From assembly GCA_944386635.1 (NCBI GenBank), contig CALXBV010000083.1:1-56994 (forward strand): 56,994 bases of DNA, read 5' to 3'. A program made the position numbers and the translations under genes. The DNA is from an uncultured Clostridia bacterium. Its GTDB lineage: Bacteria > Bacillota > Clostridia > TANB77 > CAG-465. The notes beneath the pieces were generated by a model that worked only from the letters and a program-made list of their open reading frames with translations, was not told where the DNA came from and searched no databases. The first letter of the stretch is position 1. Each line of letters starts with the position of its first letter. Shown one piece after another: positions 50,352 through 56,994 of the stretch.

Positions 50352-52598
50352 ATGATAACTAAAGTTATAAAAAGAGACGGAAGAAAAGTAAATTTTAATG
50401 TAGAAAGAATAGCAAAATCAATATATAAAGCTGCTAATTCAATCGGAGGACAAGACTATTCAAGGTCAAAAGAACTAGCTGAAATAGTATATAAAGAGTT
50501 AGATAAAATTCAACAAAATAATCAAATAGAATCTAGTAAAATTTATGATATAGTACAAGACGTATTAAAAAAAGAAGGCCATGAGTCAACACTCAAAGTA
50601 TATACTTTATTCAGAGAGGAAAGAGACAGAGTAAGAGAAAGAAGTTTGCCAATAATTAAAACATATGAAAAACTTACCTTTCAAGATTCTAAGGATAGCA
50701 ATGTAAAAAGAGAAAATGCAAATATAAATGCAGATACAGCAATGGGAACAATGCTAAAGTATGGCTCTGAAGGAGCTAAGAATTTTTATCAGTTATGTGT
50801 CTTAAAACCACAGCATGCACAAGCACATAAAAATGGTGATATTCATATTCATGATTTAGATTTTTTAACTCTTACTACTACATGTTGTCAGATAGACTTA
50901 ATAAAACTTTTTAAAGATGGATTTTGTACTGGCGAGGGATTTTTAAGAGAGCCACAAAGTATAGGAAGTTATGCTGCTCTTGCTGCAATTGCAATACAAT
51001 CAAATCAAAACGATCAACATGGTGGACAAAGTATACCAAACTTTGAGTATGCTATGGCAAAAGGAGTAAAGATATCATATAAAAAAGAATATTTAAAAAA
51101 TCTTACAAAAGCAATAGAGCTTATAACAGATGAAAAAGAGCCAGAAAAACTTGCAAGTGATATAGTAAAATCTATTAAATATGATAAAGACTTGGTAGCC
51201 TCATATGAAGATTCAAATGGATATTTAAAAGTAGAAAGAGCATATTTAAGTAAGTATTTTGATAAAAATACCATCAAAAAAATACAAGATTTCTGTGTAA
51301 AGTATACAGATAAAGAGGTAGAAAGAGCTACATATCAAGCTATGGAAGGATTTATCCATAATTTAAATACAATGCATTCAAGAGCTGGTGCACAGGTACC
51401 ATTTAGTAGTATTAATTATGGTCTTGATACATCTGCTGAGGGAAGGCTCGTTATGAAGCAGTTATTATATGCTACAGAGGCAGGACTTGGAAATGGTGAA
51501 ACTCCAATTTTCCCTATACAAATACTTAGAGTAAAAGATGGAATAAACTATAATCCAACAGATCCTAACTATGATATATTTAAGTTAAGTTGTAGAGTAT
51601 CAGCAAAGAGATTGTTCCCAAACTTTTCTTTTATTGATGCACCATTTAATTTAAAGTATTATAGAAAAGGAGATTATAATTCTGAGGTCGCATATATGGG
51701 CTGTAGGACAAGAGTTATGGCTAATGTATATGATCCATCAAAAGAAGTAACATGTGGTAGAGGTAATTTAAGCTTTACTTCTATAAATCTTCCAAGACTT
51801 GGAATTGAAGCAAAAGGAGATATAGATAAATTTTTTGAAATGCTAGACGAAAAGATGGATTTAGTAATAGATCAATTGAAAGCAAGATTTGAAATACAAG
51901 CAAATAAACATGTATATAATTATCCATTTTTAATGGGACAACATGTGTGGCTTGACTCAGAAAAGTTAAAAAATACAGATAAAGTAGGAGAAGTTTTAAA
52001 ACATGGTACTCTTACAGTTGGATTTATAGGACTTGCTGAAACTCTTAAAGCTCTAATTGGAAAGCATCATGGGGAAAGTGAAGAGGCAAGAGAACTAGGA
52101 CTTAGAATCGTTAGACATATGAGACAAAGAGTAGATGAGGAGTCTCAAAAAGAAAAACTTAACTTTACTCTTATTGCAACTCCAGCAGAAGGCTTATCTG
52201 GTAGATTTGTAAAAATAGATAAGAAAAAATATGGAATAATAGAAGGCGTGACAGATAGGGAATATTATACAAATTCATTTCACATACCTGTATATTATAA
52301 AATTAGCGCTTTTAATAAGATAAAAATTGAAGCTCCATATCATGAGTTAACAAATGGAGGTCATATAAGCTATGTAGAACTTGATGGTGACCCTACTAAA
52401 AACTTAAAAGCTTTTGAGCAAATAATAAGATGTATGAAAGAATCTGGAATAGGTTACGGCTCAATAAATCATCCTGTAGACAGAGATCCTGTGTGTGGAT
52501 TTACTGGAATTATAAAAGATGTATGTCCATGCTGTGGAAGAAAAGAATTTGAAGAAGTAGATAAAATTAGTGAAAGAATATTAAGAATAAGGAGGTAA
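50352..52598 (+). CDS. nrdD: Anaerobic (class III) ribonucleotide reductase large subunit, lacking the glycyl-radical tail
   Basis: ATP cone (VIKRDG), IHIHDLDF, TTTCCQI, YMGCRTR, GRGNLSFTSINLPR, ATPAEGL, YYTNSFH, DPVCG...CPCCG; ends ILRIRR-stop with no ITGY. Confidence 0.95.
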   Translation: MITKVIKRDGRKVNFNVERIAKSIYKAANSIGGQDYSRSKELAEIVYKELDKIQQNNQIESSKIYDIVQDVLKKEGHESTLKVYTLFREERDRVRERSLPIIKTYEKLTFQDSKDSNVKRENANINADTAMGTMLKYGSEGAKNFYQLCVLKPQHAQAHKNGDIHIHDLDFLTLTTTCCQIDLIKLFKDGFCTGEGFLREPQSIGSYAALAAIAIQSNQNDQHGGQSIPNFEYAMAKGVKISYKKEYLKNLTKAIELITDEKEPEKLASDIVKSIKYDKDLVASYEDSNGYLKVERAYLSKYFDKNTIKKIQDFCVKYTDKEVERATYQAMEGFIHNLNTMHSRAGAQVPFSSINYGLDTSAEGRLVMKQLLYATEAGLGNGETPIFPIQILRVKDGINYNPTDPNYDIFKLSCRVSAKRLFPNFSFIDAPFNLKYYRKGDYNSEVAYMGCRTRVMANVYDPSKEVTCGRGNLSFTSINLPRLGIEAKGDIDKFFEMLDEKMDLVIDQLKARFEIQANKHVYNYPFLMGQHVWLDSEKLKNTDKVGEVLKHGTLTVGFIGLAETLKALIGKHHGESEEARELGLRIVRHMRQRVDEESQKEKLNFTLIATPAEGLSGRFVKIDKKKYGIIEGVTDREYYTNSFHIPVYYKISAFNKIKIEAPYHELTNGGHISYVELDGDPTKNLKAFEQIIRCMKESGIGYGSINHPVDRDPVCGFTGIIKDVCPCCGRKEFEEVDKISERILRIRR

Positions 52599-52603
52599 TA
52601 TAT

Positions 52604-52876
52604 ATGAAAATAAATACAAGTGGAGAAAGTATTTCTCAAGATGAAATAAATGAATATGTAAAATATGTGGAGGAAAAATATCCAGATAAAAAGATTGCTA
52701 CATTAGATTTAAACATAAATGGAGATTATGTAGATTTAAGCTATACCTTTGAAAATGATGTACCATTTGAAAGAATTAGAAGAATAACAGGGTACTTAGT
52801 AGGAACATTAGATAGATTTAATGATGGTAAAAGAGCTGAAGAACGTGATAGAGTAAAACATGATGTGTTGGTATAG
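52604..52876 (+). CDS. Stand-alone glycyl-radical domain protein of the class III RNR, 90 aa
   Basis: Own AGGAGG RBS; FERIRRITGYLVGTLDRFNDGKRAEERDRVKH is the NrdD C-terminal radical motif (Gly63). Confidence 0.9.
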   Translation: MKINTSGESISQDEINEYVKYVEEKYPDKKIATLDLNINGDYVDLSYTFENDVPFERIRRITGYLVGTLDRFNDGKRAEERDRVKHDVLV

Positions 52877-52884
52877 GAGAAATT

Positions 52885-53391
52885 ATGTGCGATAAAATAA
52901 AAATAGCAGGCATTGTAGAAGAATCAATTGTAGATGGTCCTGGAATTAGGTTTGTCATATTTACGCAGGGCTGTCCACATAAATGTATTGGATGTCATAA
53001 TCCTCAAACTCACGATTTTAGTTTAGGTAGATATGAAGATATAGATAAGTTAGTGGATATGATAGATTCAAATCCACTACTTAGTGGTATTACACTAAGT
53101 GGAGGAGAGCCTTTTATGCAGCCTTTGCAACTTGTAAGTCTTATTGATAAAATAAAAAATAAAAATTTAGATGTTATAACTTATACAGGATATACATATG
53201 AAAAATTAATGCAAAGTAAAAATAAAGATATATTAGAGCTTTTAAAAAGAACAGATATATTAATTGATGGGGAGTTTGTATTAGAGTTAAAAGATGAAAA
53301 CTTGGAATTTAGAGGTAGCTCAAATCAAAGAGCTATAGATGTAAAAAAAAGTATGAATAAAGGATGTATAATAGAATATAATTTTTCATAA
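52885..53391 (+). CDS. nrdG: Anaerobic RNR activating enzyme (radical SAM)
   Basis: SIVDGPGIR, GCPHKCIGCHN (CxxxCxxC), ITLSGGEP, FRGSSNQR. Confidence 0.95.
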   Translation: MCDKIKIAGIVEESIVDGPGIRFVIFTQGCPHKCIGCHNPQTHDFSLGRYEDIDKLVDMIDSNPLLSGITLSGGEPFMQPLQLVSLIDKIKNKNLDVITYTGYTYEKLMQSKNKDILELLKRTDILIDGEFVLELKDENLEFRGSSNQRAIDVKKSMNKGCIIEYNFS

Positions 53392-53450
53392 TAAATTTAT
53401 ATAAAATATTATTAGAGGAATAATAAAAATAGGCACACAAAGGAGGAAAA

Positions 53451-54593
53451 ATGGAAGAGAATAAATTTGACTTTAAATTTTTAAATAAAGTCATGTATAT
53501 AGTTACAATTATAGTAGTATTTTTCTCACTTAAAGAAATAGGTGTAATAGATAAGATTGTAGATATCTTAGTAGCACTCACACCTTTTTATATGGGTGTT
53601 ATTATATGTTGGTTATCTAGGCCACTTGCAAATAAGTTAAGAAAGTGGGGATTAAATAAAAGTCTATCGGCTATAATTTCTCTTATTGTAATATTTGCAA
53701 TAATAATTATTGCTTTATCATATATAATACCAGTAATAGTAAGTCAGATTACACAGTTAGTTAAGGATTTACCAACACTATATTCTAGTGTTATAAATAA
53801 GATAAATCTGTTATTATATGATAAATTTGGACTTGATTATCAAATATCATCAGATATTGGTGACTTGAGTTTTGTATCAGATTATCTGGGAGAAATTGTA
53901 AGTTATTCACTAAATACAGTTCAAAAAGTTGTAGGTTTCTTAATTAGTGCAATAACAGCCATTATAATATCATTCTTTATGGTTAAGGATATGGATAGAA
54001 CAAAGAATAGTTTGATAGTATTTCTATCTAAAAATAGTAAAGATTCTAATAGATATAAGATGTTAGTAAAAATGGATGAAATACTTAACTCATATATAAG
54101 AGGATTATTACTTGATAGTATAATAGTTGGGATAATGACAACTGTTGTATGTATGGTATTACAATTAAAATATGCAGTTATATTTGGAATACTAATAACT
54201 TTCTTAAATTTAATACCATATATTGGAGCAGTTATATCATATACAATAACATCTATATATGCCTTTACAGTAGGTGGCCCTGTACTTGCAATAATAACAT
54301 TTATAGCATCATTTATTATTCAACTAATAGATGCAAATATACTACAACCTAATATAATAGCTAAATCTGTTAAGCTTCATCCTGTTGTAGTAATTTGTGG
54401 ATTATTAGTATTTGAAAGATTGTTTGGAATAATTGGAATGTTAATTGCAATGCCATTTCTTGCTATTGCTAAGATATTTATTAAATATAAATTTGGAATA
54501 AATTTTGATTTATCAGATGAAAATGAAAATAATCATAAAAAGATATCATTTAAAAGAAAAAAGTCAAATAAACAAATCAGTAAACAAAATTAA
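53451..54593 (+). CDS. AI-2E (PerM) family transporter
   Basis: Multi-TM; YIRGLLLD, LNLIPYIGA, NILQPNI, LHPVVV, GIIGMLIAMP. Confidence 0.9.
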   Translation: MEENKFDFKFLNKVMYIVTIIVVFFSLKEIGVIDKIVDILVALTPFYMGVIICWLSRPLANKLRKWGLNKSLSAIISLIVIFAIIIIALSYIIPVIVSQITQLVKDLPTLYSSVINKINLLLYDKFGLDYQISSDIGDLSFVSDYLGEIVSYSLNTVQKVVGFLISAITAIIISFFMVKDMDRTKNSLIVFLSKNSKDSNRYKMLVKMDEILNSYIRGLLLDSIIVGIMTTVVCMVLQLKYAVIFGILITFLNLIPYIGAVISYTITSIYAFTVGGPVLAIITFIASFIIQLIDANILQPNIIAKSVKLHPVVVICGLLVFERLFGIIGMLIAMPFLAIAKIFIKYKFGINFDLSDENENNHKKISFKRKKSNKQISKQN

Positions 54594-54623
54594 GGGAATA
54601 ATAAAAGAATTATTCCCTTTTTT
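54592..54623. terminator. Bidirectional terminator
   Basis: aagggaataat...attattccctt followed by a T tract. Confidence 0.8.
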
Positions 54624-55596
54624 CTATTAGTTCTTCATGCAATTTTTCCATAAATATTTTAGATTTCTTAGTATCTACTATGATGTTTATTGAAAGTTCA
54701 CTAAATGATATCATGTATATTTCAATATTCTCATCATTTGCTATTTTAAATATTTTAGAAATAGCTTTTCTATTAGATAGCATCATAGGTCCTACAATAC
54801 ATATTTTTGATATATCATCTTTTTTAGTTATAAAGTGAATATTAAAATCTTCCTTAATATTTTTTCTAACTTTACTTCCTCTAGAGTCTTTAAATGTATT
54901 TTTAGCAGATATATTTATATTATACTCTTTAGCAAGATTTACTGATCTGTTATGTAGAACTTTTGCTCCAGCAGACGATGCTTCTAGCATTTCATCAAAA
55001 GATATTTCTTTTAATAATTGTGAATTTGGTATTACTTTTGGATCTGCTGAGTATATACCATCTATATCGCTATATATCTCACATTTTTTTGCATTTAATG
55101 CTCCAGCAAGAGCAACAGCACTTAAATCTGAGCCACCTCTTCCAAATGTAGTAATGTTTCCAAGTTTATCCATTCCTTGAAATCCTGTTACTATTACTAT
55201 GTAATTGTCTTCTATGTAAGATAGAAGGTTAGATGTTACAACATCTATTATTTTTGCATTACCATAATTTGAATCAGTAATTATACCAGCTTGCGCACCT
55301 GTAAGGCATACAGATTTTATTCCTTTTGAATTTAGCATAAGGGATAGTAAAGAGGCACTTTGCATCTCCCCAGTGGATAGTAGAAAATCTAAATCTTTTT
55401 TAGATATTATATCACTATTATTTGTATATTCTTCAGCTTTAGCTATTAAGTTGTTGGTTGTTTTTCCTTGTGCAGATACAACAACTACAACATTATTATT
55501 CTTATTCTTTTCTTTTATTATTTTATTGCATATTAGCTCTAGTTTTTCTTTATCTGCAACAGAGCTTCCACCATATTTTTGTACAATTATATTCAT
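54610..55596 (-). CDS. Aspartate kinase, short form with a single ACT-like domain (328 aa)
   Basis: VQKYGGSSV, VVVSAQG, STGE, VTGFQG, TFGRGGSDLSA, SDIDGIYSADP, GAKVLH; ATG 55596 after GGTGGTG. Confidence 0.92.
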   Translation of the reverse strand: MNIIVQKYGGSSVADKEKLELICNKIIKEKNKNNNVVVVVSAQGKTTNNLIAKAEEYTNNSDIISKKDLDFLLSTGEMQSASLLSLMLNSKGIKSVCLTGAQAGIITDSNYGNAKIIDVVTSNLLSYIEDNYIVIVTGFQGMDKLGNITTFGRGGSDLSAVALAGALNAKKCEIYSDIDGIYSADPKVIPNSQLLKEISFDEMLEASSAGAKVLHNRSVNLAKEYNINISAKNTFKDSRGSKVRKNIKEDFNIHFITKKDDISKICIVGPMMLSNRKAISKIFKIANDENIEIYMISFSELSINIIVDTKKSKIFMEKLHEELIEKRE

Positions 55597-55682
55597 AATT
55601 TCACCACCATAATGTATTTTATGCTTTAGTTTTAAAAATGTTATAGTATAACTAAATATTAATATACTTATATGATTATTGC

Positions 55683-55711
55683 TTGACATAAAATAAAATG
55701 GATGATATAAT
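55683..55711 (+). promoter_or_regulatory. Consensus SigA promoter followed by a leader of about 115 nt
   Basis: TTGACA-17 bp-TATAAT with extended TG. Confidence 0.8.
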
Positions 55712-55831
55712 TACTTTGCAGTTATTTTTTAAATGTAATAACTATTGGAATTACAAGAGTACGGATACATGGGAGTTTAAACGCTTGCGTTTAAAAAATC
55801 TGTAAAAAAATTTTAAAAAGGAGGAATGAGT

Positions 55832-56500
55832 ATGAAGAAAACATACAAATTCATATCAAGACTTATAGTTGGTATTGCTTTAATTGCTCTTGCAATATGG
55901 CTTATATGGACTGTACTTAGTACTATAGTGTTTCCAGGATTACCATTAAAAGATAATGTAGATTATGTACAGGACGTTTCAAATTCAATGTCCGAACCAG
56001 ATAAAACTTATGCTAGAAATGCAATAAGTAAGGCAGCAAAAGAAAACAAAATAGCAATAGTTTTAGATTATCAGCTAACTACATTTAATGTGGATCAAAC
56101 ATATATAGACAAGATAGTTGGAAACATAGTAAATAATGTATATAAGACTCAGCCATATGTTGTTTATACTTACTTTAAAGATACAGAAACTTTAATAATA
56201 AGTACAAATATTGATGATACGTTAAAGGACATTGTGGATAAAACAAAAGAGGGTATAAATAATGATGCTAGAGTTGTAAAAGAAATACTATATTATCAAC
56301 AAAATCTTGAAAAGGGAATGGGACTTAGAAGTTGGAACTTTAATTTAAATCCAGAGTATGCAAGAAGTACAGCATTTGCAGGTATAGGATCAATAATTTT
56401 ATTAATACTTGGATTTGGTGTATTGCCTACATCTGAAGAAGGACTAAGATTTCCATTTAGAAGAAAGAAAAAAGCAAAAAGAGAAGCAAGCTCTGAATAA
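55832..56500 (+). CDS. Hypothetical membrane protein with two TM helices and a possible TPM-like domain
   Basis: AAGGAGG RBS; TM at both ends; DYVQDVSNSMS...KIAIV resembles the start of a TPM domain (weak). Confidence 0.65.
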   Translation: MKKTYKFISRLIVGIALIALAIWLIWTVLSTIVFPGLPLKDNVDYVQDVSNSMSEPDKTYARNAISKAAKENKIAIVLDYQLTTFNVDQTYIDKIVGNIVNNVYKTQPYVVYTYFKDTETLIISTNIDDTLKDIVDKTKEGINNDARVVKEILYYQQNLEKGMGLRSWNFNLNPEYARSTAFAGIGSIILLILGFGVLPTSEEGLRFPFRRKKKAKREASSE

Positions 56501-56508
56501 TAAATTAT

Positions 56509-56540
56509 AGATTGTCAATTAATTTTGGCAATCTTTTTTT
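56509..56540 (+). terminator. Terminator
   Basis: agattgtcaa...ttggcaatct followed by a T tract. Confidence 0.7.
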
Positions 56541-56596
56541 GATTTTAGGGAAAACCACTTCAGTTATACCAGTAGATTTTTATTTATTATTAGATA

Positions 56597-56626
56597 TTGA
56601 AAAATTTTATAAATTTGTGATATTTT
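56597..56626 (+). promoter_or_regulatory. Probable promoter of pilin 3 (copy of 43305-43334)
   Basis: TTGAAA-18 bp-TATTTT with extended TG. Confidence 0.5.
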
Positions 56627-56659
56627 AATAATAGATAAATTAAAAAGGGAGGATAATAT

Positions 56660-56994
56660 ATGAAAAGTAAAATAAAAAGATATACTATGCTTTTAGTTGC
56701 TATATTTATGGTATTGGCATCATGTGTAGCATTAAAAGTAAACGCAGCAGATCCAACAACAGGATCAATAACAATAATTGCACATGAGCAACAAAATGGA
56801 GATACAATAACAAATCCACCACTTGTTGGAGCTGAATACACTATATATAAGGTAGATGAGACTTGTGAAAATACTTCTCAAGCTGAAAATTATACAGAAG
56901 AAAATAATGTACAAGGAATATCTCAAACAACAGGAGAAGATGGAACTGTAGTTTTTGATGATCTAGAACTTGGTAGGTATTATGTAAAATTAAC
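56660..56994 (+). CDS. Backbone pilin 3, 5' part (runs off the window)
   Basis: GGGAGG RBS; MKSKIKRYTMLLVAIFMVLASCVALKVNAADPTTGSITIIAHEQ...LELGRYYV; 82 of 111 aa identical to pilin 2. Confidence 0.88.
   Translation, partial: MKSKIKRYTMLLVAIFMVLASCVALKVNAADPTTGSITIIAHEQQNGDTITNPPLVGAEYTIYKVDETCENTSQAENYTEENNVQGISQTTGEDGTVVFDDLELGRYYVKL

Noticed and set aside
52570-52610. nrdD split as a sequencing frameshift
   Set aside because: The second ORF has a perfectly spaced AGGAGG and about 53 aa of N-terminal sequence with no counterpart in the canonical tail; one indel would not rebuild a normal NrdD.
55597-55825. Lysine riboswitch upstream of the aspartokinase
   Set aside because: The minus-strand sequence lacks the conserved core motifs and helices.

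Overview
AT-rich chromosomal window from a low-GC spore-forming Clostridia-type bacterium (Bacillota). It holds about 48 protein genes and 2 tRNAs (Leu-TAG, Trp-CCA); I found no CRISPR array, IS element, integrase or prophage. Most genes are housekeeping: asnS, aspS, gpsA, rsgA, glmU, rmuC, nth, rpmB, pyk, mnmA, pyrG, tsaD, pepD and an aspartokinase. A 12-kb sortase-assembled pilus locus (33.1-45.3 kb) carries two backbone pilins, two class C sortases and a 2150-aa adhesin, and a third pilin paralogue with a duplicated promoter starts at the right edge. The strongest finding is a class III ribonucleotide reductase split into two genes: the large NrdD stops just before its glycyl-radical motif, and a separate 90-aa gene with its own RBS carries RRITGYL, upstream of nrdG. 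Other findings are an in-frame TAA in spoIVA, an unannotated spoVM-like two-gene operon, a GlmU lacking its acetyltransferase half and a single-ACT aspartokinase. No TGA stop occurs among 47 genes, and the tRNA-Trp has a 4-bp anticodon stem. All family assignments come from motif recognition by eye, not from database searches.
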